From Tolypothrix carrinoi HA7290-LM1 (GTDB lineage: Bacteria > Cyanobacteriota > Cyanobacteriia > Cyanobacteriales > Nostocaceae), in NCBI GenBank assembly GCA_019358935.1, contig JAHHIK010000079.1, positions 1 through 40,372 on the forward strand: a DNA stretch of 40,372 nucleotides, read 5' to 3'. The position numbers and the translations under genes were made by a program. The stretch's first letter is position 1, and every line of letters starts with the position of its first letter. Below, piece by piece: positions 26,708 through 37,474 of this stretch. The notes below the pieces were generated by a model, which did not search any database, was not told the DNA's origin, and was given only the letters and a program-made list of their open reading frames with translations.

Positions 26708-29700
26708 CTACTCTACTCCTTCAATCCGATCCTCAACCTCCTGGTACAACTCGCGCAACTTGTTCAAATTCTCTTCGCTAGTCTCCCAATAACCGCGACC
26801 ATTAACTTCTAACAAAGTTGATACAACCTTGCGGAAAGAATGCGGATTCAAATTCATCAATCGCTGACGCATTGCTTCATCTTTGATGAATGTTTCATTA
26901 GTATCCTCATAAATCCAGTTATCAACGGCGCCGGCTGTGGCACTCCAACCCATTGTATTTACCAATCGCTTGGAAAGTTCGCGCACACCTTCGTAACCGT
27001 GAGATAACATCCCCTCATACCACTTCGGATTTAACAATTTGGTACGCGCATCAAGACGCACGGTTTCTGATAATGTCCGCACTTGAGCGTTTGCTGTAGT
27101 CGTGTCAGCGATGTATGATGCTGGTGTCTTGCCATCATCGCGCAGACTTGCTACAAGCTTGGTGGGGTCAGAGTCGAAGTAGTGGGAAACGTCGGTCAAG
27201 CTAATCTCGGAAGAATCGAGATTTTGAAAAGTCGCTTCCGCAGTTTTCAAAGTGCTTTCAAAAATGTTCCGCGATTCGTCCATCATACCGGGGTTATCGG
27301 AATTGAAGGCGAAGGATTTCCGCTTCAAGTACATTTCTTGTAACTCGGCTTCGCTGTCCCAGGTGCTGTTTTCCACCGCCAAGTTGATGTTTGACGAGTA
27401 GGAACCCGAAGCATTGGAGAAGACGCGAGTCGCTGCTTGACGCAAGTTGATTCCCATGTCCTCAGCTTGTTGCAAAGCATGTTTGCGAACAAAGTTCATC
27501 GATGGAGGTTCATCCGCTTCTGCTGCCATTTTCACACCTTGGTCTAACAGATTCATCTGATTGATGAACAAGTCGCGGAACACTCCCGAACAGTTGATGA
27601 CAACATCAATTCTCGGTCTTCCCAACTCTTGTAGGGGTATCAATTCCAGCTTGTTTACTCTTCCCAAAGCATCGGGAACCGGACGCACGCCAATCATCCA
27701 CATAATTTGAGCCAGGGATTCACCGTAAGTTTTGATGTTATCGGTTCCCCAAAGGACGCAGGCGATGGTTTCGGGATACTTTCCGTCGTTTTCAACCTTG
27801 TTACGTGCCAAAAGCCTGTCTACAACGATTTTCGCTGATTGTACTGCCGCAGTTGTCGGGATGGATTGGGGGTCAAGTGCGTGTATATTTTTACCTGTAG
27901 GTAATACATCTGGGTTGCGGATGGGGTCGCCACCGGGACCGGGTAAAATGTATTCACCTTCTAAACCTTTGAGTAAAGCACCTAATTCGTTGTCAGCACA
28001 AACTTGCTGCAAGCAGAATTCCAAATACTCAAACAGCGGTTTAAGTGCTGTTGAATCAACTTTGGGATATCCTGCTTGATGCAATGCTTCTAACCAAGGT
28101 TCCTTTTTGCCCATGTTAAAGAAATTCAACTTGGAAACGCGGGAAACTCGCCCTTCTGCGTCGGTTTGCTCTTTCACAAGGGCGCTTACTGCTTCGCGGG
28201 TGGCAAGGGTGATGTCTTGCAGCAGTTGGACATCTTCTAAAATGCCCCGATCGCTATTTTGATAAATCTCATCTAAATCGCGTCCGATGCTGTTAGCAAT
28301 AATTCGCGGCAAACCAACGATTTCTTCTTCTTGACGATCTAAAGAAGCGATGTTGACTAAAGTAGCGATCGCCTCCTCCGCAGTTGGTGGTTTACCAATT
28401 ACGTGCAATCCACAAGGCAACAACCTAGATTCAATTTCCATCAACTTGCGATACACGCTGCCAACTATATTATCCCGCTCCTCGGCGCTCATATCTTTGG
28501 CATCGGTTTCGGCAAATTCGATATCTTTATCCAAGTTCACCAACCGGCACTTGTCCATAATCGAGTTGACAATCGGAACACCGCGTCCGGTATCTTTCAA
28601 GGTTTGGTAAGAAGCAATTAACTCGCTTAACTCTTTCAAACCTTTGTATAAACCAGCATTTTCCGCCGGCGGAGTTAGATAGGAAATTGTCTCTGCATAA
28701 CTGCGACGTTTGGCGATCGTCGCTTCGCTGGGGTTGTTTGCCGCGTAATAATACAGATTGGGAATCATACCAATCAGGTTATCTGGATAACATTCCCCAG
28801 ACATCCCCATCTGCTTACCGGGCATAAATTCCAAGGAACCATGCGTCCCGAAGTGCAGTACCGCATCTGCTCCCCAAAGTTGTTCTAAGTATGTGTAGTA
28901 TGCAGCGAAACCATGATGCGGACTTGCAGAACGCGAGAATAATAATCGCATCGGGTCGCCTTCGTAACCAAAGGTTGGCTGTACACCGATAAAAACGTTA
29001 CCAAATTGCTTTCCATAAATTAGCAGATTTTGTCCATCGCTGTTGAGATGTCCGGGAGGTGGTCCCCAATTTTCTTCTAAGCGGTGAGAATAAGGTGTCA
29101 GCGCTTCGTATTCTTGCACCGACATTTTGTAGGCGATGTTCAATTCTGGGCTGCTATACTGCGCTTGGGCATCGTGGATGACTTCTTGCATCAACGCTTC
29201 GGGTGATTCTGGCAATTCTGGCAAGTCGTAACCGTTATTTTTCAGCGCTTTCATTACTTCAAAGATGGAACCGAATACATCTAGGTAAGCTGCGGTTCCG
29301 ACGTTTCCTTTATCTGGGGGAAAGCTGAAAACGGTGATGGCGACTTTTTTGTGTAGTTTTGGTTTGCGGCGGAGATTTGCCCATTTTAAAGCACGTTGAG
29401 CGATCGCTTCAATTCGGTCTTGGAGTGCGATCGCTTTTCCTGTTGTTCCATCCCTGCCTGATACAATTATCGGCTCAATTGCCCCATCCAATTCCGGAAT
29501 TGCAATTTGCAACGCTACTTGAATCGGATGCAACCCTAAATCGCTATCTTGCCATTCTTCAGTAGTTTGAAACACCAAAGGCAACGCTACCATGTAAGGA
29601 CGATTCAAACGCTTCAACGTCTCAATCGCTTTCGGATGGTCTTGTCTTGCTGGTCCACCTACCAAAGCGAAACCAGTCAGCGATACCACAGCATCGACTA

Positions 29701-30694
29701 GCGATGTTTTGGAAGTCGATTCCAAAAAATAAGCATCCACAGGTTTAGAAAAGTCCAAACCACCCGCAAATACCGGAACTACTTTTGCGCCGAGTGATTC
29801 CAATTCCTGCACCATTGCCACATAATGGGCATCATCACCGGTTACAAGGTGCGTGCGTTGCAGTACTAATCCGACACAAGGCGCCAACGGATCTTTCAAA
29901 TCTGAGGAAATATCCTTGCGAGCCGTATACCAATTGAGGTATTCTTTTACATCCTCAAACATCGTCGGTGCTAAAGGATGCCAAATCCCCATATCCGGAT
30001 AAACGACCGGCGCTTGATATGTCACAGATGCAAAATTTTGTTTATCTACATCTTTTAATACATATTTATCAGTTAGCATTAGCAAGAAGTTTTCCAGGTT
30101 TTCTGAAGAACCACCTAGCCAATACTGAAAACTGAGCATGAAATTTCGCGCATCCTGTGCTTTTTCCATTGGCAGGAACTTTAGCACTTGCGGCAGTGTT
30201 CGCAACAGCTTCAGCATTCCATCTTGGAATCCTGCGCCGGATTTTTCCTTGCGTTTTCGCATAAATTGTGCTACAACGCTTTTCGACTGTCCCAACTGTG
30301 CCAGGGAGAAACTGCCCATTTTACTTAGGCGCATTACTTCCGGCATAGATGGAAAAACCACAGAAACGTCTAGCTTTGACCGATGTGGTTCTACAGCTGC
30401 TACTACTTTCTGCGCTAAGTCTTCTATAAAAATTAGTGAGGCGATGAAGATATTCGCAGTCTCGATTTCCCGCTTGAACTGTTCGTAGTTCTCTGGATCT
30501 CGAAGTTCTTCAATTAAGTACCCGCTGATTTCAATCGCCACGTTGGGATGTTGCGCGTTAATCGTGCGAACCGCTTGTGACAATGCGCTTTGGTACTGCG
30601 ACTCAAGCACGACATAGACCACCTTGATTAAATTACGTCCGCGTAAGTTATCTGGCGCAATATGTCGAATGGTGGACTTGACGTGGGTGAACAT
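26708..30694 (-). CDS. chlH: Magnesium chelatase subunit H
   Basis: [11 protein letters not shown] start, [52 protein letters not shown]. Confidence 0.98.
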   Translation of the reverse strand: MFTHVKSTIRHIAPDNLRGRNLIKVVYVVLESQYQSALSQAVRTINAQHPNVAIEISGYLIEELRDPENYEQFKREIETANIFIASLIFIEDLAQKVVAAVEPHRSKLDVSVVFPSMPEVMRLSKMGSFSLAQLGQSKSVVAQFMRKRKEKSGAGFQDGMLKLLRTLPQVLKFLPMEKAQDARNFMLSFQYWLGGSSENLENFLLMLTDKYVLKDVDKQNFASVTYQAPVVYPDMGIWHPLAPTMFEDVKEYLNWYTARKDISSDLKDPLAPCVGLVLQRTHLVTGDDAHYVAMVQELESLGAKVVPVFAGGLDFSKPVDAYFLESTSKTSLVDAVVSLTGFALVGGPARQDHPKAIETLKRLNRPYMVALPLVFQTTEEWQDSDLGLHPIQVALQIAIPELDGAIEPIIVSGRDGTTGKAIALQDRIEAIAQRALKWANLRRKPKLHKKVAITVFSFPPDKGNVGTAAYLDVFGSIFEVMKALKNNGYDLPELPESPEALMQEVIHDAQAQYSSPELNIAYKMSVQEYEALTPYSHRLEENWGPPPGHLNSDGQNLLIYGKQFGNVFIGVQPTFGYEGDPMRLLFSRSASPHHGFAAYYTYLEQLWGADAVLHFGTHGSLEFMPGKQMGMSGECYPDNLIGMIPNLYYYAANNPSEATIAKRRSYAETISYLTPPAENAGLYKGLKELSELIASYQTLKDTGRGVPIVNSIMDKCRLVNLDKDIEFAETDAKDMSAEERDNIVGSVYRKLMEIESRLLPCGLHVIGKPPTAEEAIATLVNIASLDRQEEEIVGLPRIIANSIGRDLDEIYQNSDRGILEDVQLLQDITLATREAVSALVKEQTDAEGRVSRVSKLNFFNMGKKEPWLEALHQAGYPKVDSTALKPLFEYLEFCLQQVCADNELGALLKGLEGEYILPGPGGDPIRNPDVLPTGKNIHALDPQSIPTTAAVQSAKIVVDRLLARNKVENDGKYPETIACVLWGTDNIKTYGESLAQIMWMIGVRPVPDALGRVNKLELIPLQELGRPRIDVVINCSGVFRDLFINQMNLLDQGVKMAAEADEPPSMNFVRKHALQQAEDMGINLRQAATRVFSNASGSYSSNINLAVENSTWDSEAELQEMYLKRKSFAFNSDNPGMMDESRNIFESTLKTAEATFQNLDSSEISLTDVSHYFDSDPTKLVASLRDDGKTPASYIADTTTANAQVRTLSETVRLDARTKLLNPKWYEGMLSHGYEGVRELSKRLVNTMGWSATAGAVDNWIYEDTNETFIKDEAMRQRLMNLNPHSFRKVVSTLLEVNGRGYWETSEENLNKLRELYQEVEDRIEGVE

Positions 30695-31065
30695 GCTTAT
30701 GAAGCTCCTAGTTATGCGTGTTCTAATCGCGGAAGTTTCCACAGCAAAATATGCTCCTGGTAAACTTCCTCTCTTTATGGATATGAATTGTTTTTATCAG
30801 AAAACGCTTACTAGGTGGGAGTTTTGTCGCTTATCTGACACAAATCGATATATAAAACGAAAGATTTTTTAAAAAATATTGACAAATTGAAAAGTATTAC
30901 TTTGTTTTTTGTAACGAAAAATTTACATTTATCTAAATGTATTAGTAGTATCGGTTAAGCCCACAAGATATTTTTTATGAATAATAAATATTTTCGTAAA
31001 TCCCAATAATATGTGTTCGGTAAGTATAAAATCGATGCGATTCTACTAATTGATATGCACTTATT

Positions 31066-31093
31066 ACCCCGACTTCTTGGATAAGTCGGGGTT
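31066..31093. terminator. Hairpin ACCCCGACTT...AAGTCGGGGT downstream of the Rpn gene (terminator or dispersed repeat)
   Basis: 10-bp inverted repeat. Confidence 0.45.
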
Positions 31094-31146
31094 CTGAAAC
31101 TCTTTTCATGCGATCGCAAAGCTTTCGCGCATGAATCGCGTATCGA

Positions 31147-31772
31147 TTAAATAGTATTTTCCTTTAACCATGCTTCCAAATCAGCCAATCCGGAAAAATC
31201 GAGCAATGCTTCTCCGAGATTTTCTAACACAGGTAAAGGTAAAGCCTGGATTTTGACTTGTAGCACAGGTGGAACTGTACCAACTCGACGACGAAGTAAT
31301 CGCATAACTAGCGAAAATGCTTCTTCTTGCAAAATATCCTGATAAATTACAGATTCGCGCATAACATCACTCCGCAAAATTTGTTGAATCAGTTCCTTGT
31401 TTAATACTAGTCCAGCTAACACTGCCGTTGATGCTGCAACATTGCCCCGCATCCGAGTATCGTTGAGTTGTCCGAGAACCTCAGCAACCTGTTGTAAGGT
31501 TTCTCCTTTATTGTCGGTTTGGCTTAATGCAGCAAACGGTAGCAAACCCGGAGAATTGAAAAATACCTCGGTTGGTTGTTCCCAAAGACGGATTACTTCA
31601 AATTCATGACGGGTATTTTCGATGACAAATGCCGTTTGATAAACTAATTCAGATTCACTTGGTTGTAAATATATAACAACTTGACGCATTTGTTTTTCAG
31701 GATATCTTCGATATACCCTCAAACGGTAATCAGCCATCCGGAAGGGAATATCGGCGTTTGGTCTGGTTTGAA
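31147..31772 (-). pseudogene. Rpn (PD-(D/E)XK, YhgA-like) / DUF4351 gene, 5'-truncated by the integrated element
   Basis: The frame upstream of the listed Met reads ...QTRPNADIPFRMADYRLRVYRRYP..., but the expected HLEF and N-terminus are replaced by element DNA. C-terminal LENLGEALLDFSGLADLEAWL matches DUF4351. Confidence 0.82.
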
Positions 31773-31945
31773 TCCCCAGAGCGTTTATTCGCCTCAGGTA
31801 GCAATTGACCTAAATATCCACCCACACCAACTTTCGCCAAATCCCCAAAGGTAGGGCGGAAGTTATGGTCTGCGATCGCCAACACCAAAGCCCCAATTAC
31901 CAAAATAATAACTACAACTGAGCGAACTGTTAATTTTGATAGCAT
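31730..31945 (-). CDS. Small membrane protein (holin-like candidate); C-terminus crosses the insertion junction
   Basis: Hydrophobic VVVIILVIGALVLAIA and a second Gly-rich segment; last gene of the operon. Confidence 0.55.
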   Translation of the reverse strand: MLSKLTVRSVVVIILVIGALVLAIADHNFRPTFGDLAKVGVGGYLGQLLPEANKRSGDSNQTKRRYSLPDG

Positions 31946-31952
31946 TTTAACT

Positions 31953-32258
31953 CTAATCCATTTTTTGCATGTGCTTTATTTGCAACTTGAGGTCTTTGAT
32001 TTCATCAAAAAGTCGGTTAGCTTTATGGTCGATTTTTTCTTCGTTAGCGTGTATCAAATAATCTACCCGCTCTTTACGTTCACAGTAAGCAGCTACATGC
32101 ACGCCAAAATTAAATTCATTTTCAGCGATCCGCTTAATGAGTGATTTGTTTAACTCATCAATTGCATCATAAATTGCTTTCTCAACTTGAAACACTCTAT
32201 AAGTGATTCCGATCAACGCTATAATTCCCAAAATAATATCAAGATTATTTTTCATCAA
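31953..32258 (-). CDS. Membrane-anchored coiled-coil protein of the element
   Basis: N-terminal TM helix (IILGIIALIGITY); start overlaps the upstream stop. Confidence 0.65.
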   Translation of the reverse strand: MMKNNLDIILGIIALIGITYRVFQVEKAIYDAIDELNKSLIKRIAENEFNFGVHVAAYCERKERVDYLIHANEEKIDHKANRLFDEIKDLKLQIKHMQKMD

Positions 32259-32974
32259 CTCAGCCCAAAGAGAAAGCTTAAACCCACACCTGAGCTATTT
32301 CCGCTTGCAAGTCTTATTACTCCACTTGGTTCAATTTGTATTCGAGAAGTTCCCCCGGTTGCCCAAGTTGCCAAAAGCATTATTTCACTAGGTCTATAAC
32401 CAGCGGGTAAAGTGGCTATTATCTCGTTTGTAACGAGCGCGGACGACTTTTTAATTGCCCCCTTCACCTCCACCAAATCGCCAAATTTACGGCATTGGGG
32501 AGTCGTGTAACCAGTACCATAGTTAGCCCAGCTAGAGCTTAATTGCAGATTTTGCCACGCACTCGGCAGATGCTGATGATCGTTTGTTGATTTCGCATCC
32601 AGTGCTATTTGCAATGCAGGAATATCAGCTATTTGGTGGTGATGTCCGACAAAAGATTTACCATCAAGAACAGCTTGCAGTTGAAAAACGTCGGCTAAAG
32701 CGTGCTGGTGGTTAATTGGTGCTGAATCTCCCTTGTCCCCCTTGTCCCCCTTTGCGCCCGGTTCCCCTGGATCTCCCTTGTCCCCCTTGTCACCCTTGAG
32801 TCCTGGCATCTCTTGCCTTTGCGCTAACTCAGCTATTGAAATGCTTGCCGGGGTTCTCCAAGAACTTTCACCAGTAATAGCTTTAAAAAGAAAAGCAAAA
32901 GCGTTTAAAAGTTCTCCTAAACTAAGTCTAATGTTACTATTAGCTAAGTTTTCGTCGTCACGAATTATCGGCAT
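32255..32974 (-). CDS. Fibre-like protein: short collagen tract, His-containing phage-tail repeats, C-terminal beta domain
   Basis: GLKGDKGDKGDPGEPGAKGDKGDKGD; two HxH..D...LQ..LD.K repeats; W.NYG...R..GD.V.V.G...IATLPAGYRPS. Confidence 0.75.
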   Translation of the reverse strand: MPIIRDDENLANSNIRLSLGELLNAFAFLFKAITGESSWRTPASISIAELAQRQEMPGLKGDKGDKGDPGEPGAKGDKGDKGDSAPINHQHALADVFQLQAVLDGKSFVGHHHQIADIPALQIALDAKSTNDHQHLPSAWQNLQLSSSWANYGTGYTTPQCRKFGDLVEVKGAIKKSSALVTNEIIATLPAGYRPSEIMLLATWATGGTSRIQIEPSGVIRLASGNSSGVGLSFLFGLS

Positions 32975-33395
32975 CTTCAGTTATTTCAAAATTGTTAAAA
33001 TCGTCAATTCTTGATTCAATTCTATTTAAACCTTCAAGTACATCTTGCTGAAAACTTGTTGGAATTACTTCTGGTGTAATTAACTTTCGGATTTTTACTG
33101 TCGTTTTACCTAAAAAAGAATAAGGATAAAACAATAGTTGAAATCTTCCTTTTTGAGGAAATTCAAGTTCTTGATTGCCAAATTTAACAATGCGAGAGCT
33201 AGCAATTAATTTTCCCGGAGAATCAATTAATGATTGTTCGATAGTGCCGGCGCTTCTATAATTTTTAGAAAGTTTAGCTTCAATGCTAATAATTAAGGTA
33301 GCTTCATTATCAAACAAGTAAGGAATAATTACAGACTTAACTTTTTTCAAATCAAATCTGTACTCATTCCGAAAAACTAGTTTAGACTCAATCAT
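32958..33395 (-). CDS. Hypothetical beta-rich protein of the element
   Basis: 145 aa, translationally coupled on both sides. Confidence 0.65.
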   Translation of the reverse strand: MIESKLVFRNEYRFDLKKVKSVIIPYLFDNEATLIISIEAKLSKNYRSAGTIEQSLIDSPGKLIASSRIVKFGNQELEFPQKGRFQLLFYPYSFLGKTTVKIRKLITPEVIPTSFQQDVLEGLNRIESRIDDFNNFEITEDADNS

Positions 33396-33871
33396 CTAGT
33401 TTTAGTTCTTGGTTTTGTTTTTGAACTCTTTTTAGGACGACTGGGATTAGTAGAAGTTTTTGGAAGACTAACACTAGATATTGTCCCTCCCCTATACTTT
33501 TTCCCTCTCAGGCTATTTTTGATCAACAAAGTCCCTAGTTTTGCAGGATTAGCAAAGAGAAAGTAAGCCCTATGATTTGATTTACTTTTACCTCCTTTCC
33601 CTGCCGTACCACCCGAACCAGTTTTAACATTTATGTAGACTCTTGCGGGTCTAGGTCTATTCATGCCAAAAATTAAACCGGGTTCATTGTCCTTAGCAAT
33701 ACTAACCCCTAATTCTTTGGCAATTTCATCAGGGTAAGCTTCCTTGGTTCCTTTCCAAGCGAATTTTACCTTGGTATTTTCTTTTCCTCCGCCTTTACCC
33801 GTATCAGATGCTGAGTCTGTAAGAGTAATAAATAAATCAACAGTTTCGCCGCGCTTTGCTTTAGTTGGCAT
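33392..33871 (-). CDS. Basic Lys/Gly-rich hypothetical protein (possible nucleic-acid-binding virion protein)
   Basis: 159 aa, strongly basic C-terminus; AGGA RBS; ATGA overlap with the next gene. Confidence 0.65.
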   Translation of the reverse strand: MPTKAKRGETVDLFITLTDSASDTGKGGGKENTKVKFAWKGTKEAYPDEIAKELGVSIAKDNEPGLIFGMNRPRPARVYINVKTGSGGTAGKGGKSKSNHRAYFLFANPAKLGTLLIKNSLRGKKYRGGTISSVSLPKTSTNPSRPKKSSKTKPRTKTR

Positions 33872-33904
33872 CTAATCGTTCCTATGTATTTTTATAAGAA
33901 TTAA

Positions 33905-34918
33905 TTAGAGATAATCAATCGCGTGAACGGTAACGTTGCCGTTAGCTGCTGCTGCTGTATTAAAAGGCAAGTTTGCACTTATTGTGGCTGTACCAGCTTC
34001 AATATCAAATTGAATTTGAATATTGTTAGGCTGGTTCTCGGTTGGAGTTACAGCTTTTTCAGCAGCACTTAAGACACTGGCTATTTCTAACAACGCTTCC
34101 GGTAATGTGTCTGATTTTAAATCGCCACCACCATTTACAAACGCTGAATAGGTGCTTCCTAAGTAATCACTAGCAACAATATCAATCGAGCCATTCGCCT
34201 GAATGTTAGTAGTAATGGGAATGCTAGCTGCTACAGCAATAGTGCCTGTATCAAAGGAAACAGTAGTAGAAAGATTCCGGCGCGGTGTCAAGCCGGGGTT
34301 AGCTCCATTTATTAAATTTTCTGCTGCGTCTAAAGCGCGGCATACTTCAAAAAAAGCTGCTGGAATTTGGGTTGATTTGAGGGTTCCGCTAGTTCCGGGA
34401 TTAAACGTACTCATTCTGTCTTCTCGGTAAAAAATGTAATATCCGTATCTGTAGTCCGTTGTAGCCGCAAACTTGCCTAAATTGAGGGGAACGAATTGAA
34501 AATCATTCTTTGGGGTTAAGGTCGAAGAAAGTTGAGCATAGGAGGAGCTCGCTATGTAGAGCGTTCCATCTCTAACCACAAAACTGAAGTTAAAATTTAA
34601 TACGGACTCTACTACAGAGGTAGGTAGATAGTTGAGTGCTGCCTGCCAATCAACGCTTAACTCATCCCCGCTAGCAGTTTCTACAGTTTCAATTGGAATA
34701 CCTTTAGAACTGTTAATTTGATTTTTTAGCGGTTTTTCTGGAATAAATACGTAGTAATTCCGTTTCCATTTATAAGCAATATAAATTTTTTTACGGAATA
34801 ATTTTTTAATGACTTGGAGTAAATAAACATTAGAATAATTAACCAATTTAGCAAAGGTAGTTAGTTGAACTGCCTTGCGTTCGTTAATATAGTAGACCTC
34901 ATCAAAATCTACTTTCAT
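33905..34918 (-). CDS. Composite protein: N-terminal HTH-like segment, middle domain and C-terminal internally duplicated 169-aa domain (possible separate start at 34414)
   Basis: ATG 34918 overlaps the collagen gene stop. The C-terminal halves LKSTQIPAAFFEV...ASDYL and LKSDTLPEALLEI...AIDYL align. Confidence 0.7.
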   Translation of the reverse strand: MKVDFDEVYYINERKAVQLTTFAKLVNYSNVYLLQVIKKLFRKKIYIAYKWKRNYYVFIPEKPLKNQINSSKGIPIETVETASGDELSVDWQAALNYLPTSVVESVLNFNFSFVVRDGTLYIASSSYAQLSSTLTPKNDFQFVPLNLGKFAATTDYRYGYYIFYREDRMSTFNPGTSGTLKSTQIPAAFFEVCRALDAAENLINGANPGLTPRRNLSTTVSFDTGTIAVAASIPITTNIQANGSIDIVASDYLGSTYSAFVNGGGDLKSDTLPEALLEIASVLSAAEKAVTPTENQPNNIQIQFDIEAGTATISANLPFNTAAAANGNVTVHAIDYL

Positions 34919-36921
34919 GTGTTTCTTAATCTTAACTTTTTGCTCCAAAGGGGTATTGTATCTTTTTGACCTTTGGGAAAGAATTGACAGAGAGTTGGAA
35001 TTACAGGTACTTGTTTATATTTTTCGTTGCCTTTAGTTGTTTCTGGTTCCTTAATTCCTTTTAAATAATAAGGATCGACGTAGTGCTTTAAGGCATTGAT
35101 TACACGCAGACATTCCGGCTCACTTTTACAGTGGACAATAATTTTACTATTGTCATTTAAAACTAAAATCCCTCTATAATCTCCTTTTTCGTATTCAGGA
35201 AAGTTAGGTACATATTCTTTTGGTTTATTGTAGTGGGGTATATACAGCGTCCATCTACTACGCCCAATTTTCCCGTTACCTAAATTTTCAGCATATTGAA
35301 TAGCTAATTGAGGTTTTTGAAAGCTGCGAGTTTGCCAGTAATCGGGTACAGAAGCATAAGCCTCCATCTCTTTATTTTTAGCTAAACACAGTTCGGCGTT
35401 TGCTTTATAAAGTTCTTCATACTCACCAATAATTGTTGTTGAGTTGTTAGCAGTACCTGCTTTATTGGATATTGCTTTAACAGTTTCTTGTACCTTTCTT
35501 GGTTCCCATTCTCCCTTGCTGTTTTGAAAGCACTGGCAGACAGGAACTTTAACTGATACAAATCTCACGTCAGCATCCTCCCCTGGTTTACCTTCTTTAC
35601 CTTGTTTTCCATCAGCCCCATTGCGCCCGTCAATGCCGTTACGACCATTAGTGCCTGAGTGACCATCAACACCGTTACGCCCGTTAATTCCTGGGTGTCC
35701 GTCAGTGCCATTGCGCCCGTTTAACCCATTACGCCCGTCAGTGCCATTTCGTCCGTCGGTTCCCCTACGCCCGTCAGTGCCATTTCGTCCGTCGGTTCCC
35801 CTACGCCCGTCAGTGCCATTTCGTCCGTCGGTTCCCCTACGCCCGTCAGTACCGTGACGACCGTCAGTGCCATGACGACCGTCAGTGCCATGACGACCGT
35901 CAGTGCCATGACGACCGTCAGTGCCATGACGACCGTCAGTACCATTGCGACCGTCAGTGCCATGACGACCGTCAGTACCATTGCGACCGTCAGTGCCGTT
36001 ACGCCCGTTAGTTCCGGGCAAACCGCGCAGCCCGTCACGACCTGCTAACCCCGGACGCCCGTTTAAGCCATTTTTCCCATCAGTACCGTTTGTGCCATTA
36101 GTGCCGTTAGCACCTGGTAAACCGCGTTGTCCATCACGTCCTGGTAAACCGCGTTGTCCATCACGTCCTGGTAAACCGCGTTGTCCATCACGTCCTGGTA
36201 AACCACGTTGTCCTACACTTCCTGGTAAACCACGCTGTCCATCACGTCCTGGCAAGCCACGTTGACCATTGTTTCCGGGTCTTCCGGGTTGTCCTGTATT
36301 TCCCGGTAAACCACGCTGTCCATCACGCCCCGGTCTTCCGGGTTGTCCATCAAATCCCCGTCTTCCGTTTTGCCCATCACGCCCAGGTCTTCCGTTTTGT
36401 CCGTCACGCCCCGGTCTTCCCGGTTGTCCGGGTGTACCAACTTTATTTCTTAACGCACCTACAATCATTTGTAGTCCATTGACCGTTGTTTCCAAGCTAA
36501 GTTGTCCTGCTTGAATCTCTTGGACTACTTGTTTTAAAAACAACAAAGCATCAAGCGCACTTAAAACTTTGTCTATTTTTTCTAAAACACTTGCGACTCG
36601 ACTTAAGGCATTTGAAGCAGTAGTAACGGCAGTGGCTGCCGTTGCTGCTGCTGATGTTGCCGCTGCCATTGCTGCTGCTGCTATTGCCGCAACCGCTGCC
36701 AAAGAGACAAGAATTGCTTTTAATTCTTTCAATTCAGCGCGAACATTTTCAACTTCCCCTAACGCTTGGTAGGCTCTTGCATCAGCTTGATAAGCAGTTT
36801 TTAATGCTTCTTTCGCGAGTGTACGAGCATATTCATCAACATTGTTACCGCGATTTAACCTGGCAATTTCTGCTCTTAAAGCGCTTAATTCCTGCCTAAT
36901 TTCAGCACAACAATCAGCCAT
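34915..36921 (-). CDS. Collagen-like protein with N-terminal coiled coil and Ala-rich segment, a long Gly-X-Y tract and a globular C-terminal domain
   Basis: Uninterrupted G-X-Y run from GTPGQPGRP to GKPGED with GQRGLPGRD and GR(N/H/R)GTD repeats. Confidence 0.88.
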   Translation of the reverse strand: MADCCAEIRQELSALRAEIARLNRGNNVDEYARTLAKEALKTAYQADARAYQALGEVENVRAELKELKAILVSLAAVAAIAAAAMAAATSAAATAATAVTTASNALSRVASVLEKIDKVLSALDALLFLKQVVQEIQAGQLSLETTVNGLQMIVGALRNKVGTPGQPGRPGRDGQNGRPGRDGQNGRRGFDGQPGRPGRDGQRGLPGNTGQPGRPGNNGQRGLPGRDGQRGLPGSVGQRGLPGRDGQRGLPGRDGQRGLPGRDGQRGLPGANGTNGTNGTDGKNGLNGRPGLAGRDGLRGLPGTNGRNGTDGRNGTDGRHGTDGRNGTDGRHGTDGRHGTDGRHGTDGRHGTDGRHGTDGRRGTDGRNGTDGRRGTDGRNGTDGRRGTDGRNGTDGRNGLNGRNGTDGHPGINGRNGVDGHSGTNGRNGIDGRNGADGKQGKEGKPGEDADVRFVSVKVPVCQCFQNSKGEWEPRKVQETVKAISNKAGTANNSTTIIGEYEELYKANAELCLAKNKEMEAYASVPDYWQTRSFQKPQLAIQYAENLGNGKIGRSRWTLYIPHYNKPKEYVPNFPEYEKGDYRGILVLNDNSKIIVHCKSEPECLRVINALKHYVDPYYLKGIKEPETTKGNEKYKQVPVIPTLCQFFPKGQKDTIPLWSKKLRLRNT
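35580..36436. repeat. Coding tandem repeats of 18, 27 and 36 bp in the collagen tract
   Basis: For example (CCGTCAGTGCCATGACGA)n and (CCTGGTAAACCGCGTTGTCCATCACGT)n. Confidence 0.9.
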
Positions 36922-37474
36922 TATTAATACTCCTTAATGCTGATGTAGCACTGGCGATTCCTCCTCTAATTTCACTACATGGAATGCAACAATAGCCGGG
37001 GTAAGCATCACAAGCACATTTAATATATCCTTCAGGACATCTATTACCGCAAACTATTTCATATTTGGGTGGGTTATTAGTTGCCTTAAAGTCTTCAAAA
37101 AGTAACTTTCCAGTAATATCAAATATTTTAATTTTGTATCCTGACGGATTATTGGGAGTAAAAAGCACATCCCTTAATCGAATAGCACCCGCTGTTACAC
37201 TTCCGTCTGAGTAAAGCAATCTATTAGTGCTTGCGGTTCGCAGTTCTCTACCACTTGCTATTGGCGATTCTGCATATGTACCTGTATATGCAAAAGGGGC
37301 ACTTGCTGTAACAGCATCATAAGTAATCATTGTCCAAGTACCAATATCTTCAGCACTTTGAGGCGAAACGATTACATCAATAGGAACTATAGATAAAGTT
37401 AATTTTTTAGGAGAATCATTATTCCATTGCCATGTAACGGTAGCGCTACCATCTTCTTTTTTACAATAAGACAT
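36914..37474 (-). CDS. Hypothetical protein with a Cys-rich C-terminus
   Basis: CGNRCPEGYIKCACDAYPGYCCIPCSEI; overlaps the collagen gene start. Confidence 0.7.
   Translation of the reverse strand: MSYCKKEDGSATVTWQWNNDSPKKLTLSIVPIDVIVSPQSAEDIGTWTMITYDAVTASAPFAYTGTYAESPIASGRELRTASTNRLLYSDGSVTAGAIRLRDVLFTPNNPSGYKIKIFDITGKLLFEDFKATNNPPKYEIVCGNRCPEGYIKCACDAYPGYCCIPCSEIRGGIASATSALRSINNG

Noticed and set aside
35721..36514. Alternative-frame ORFs within the collagen gene
   Set aside because: Stop-free frames are a by-product of the tandem repeats.
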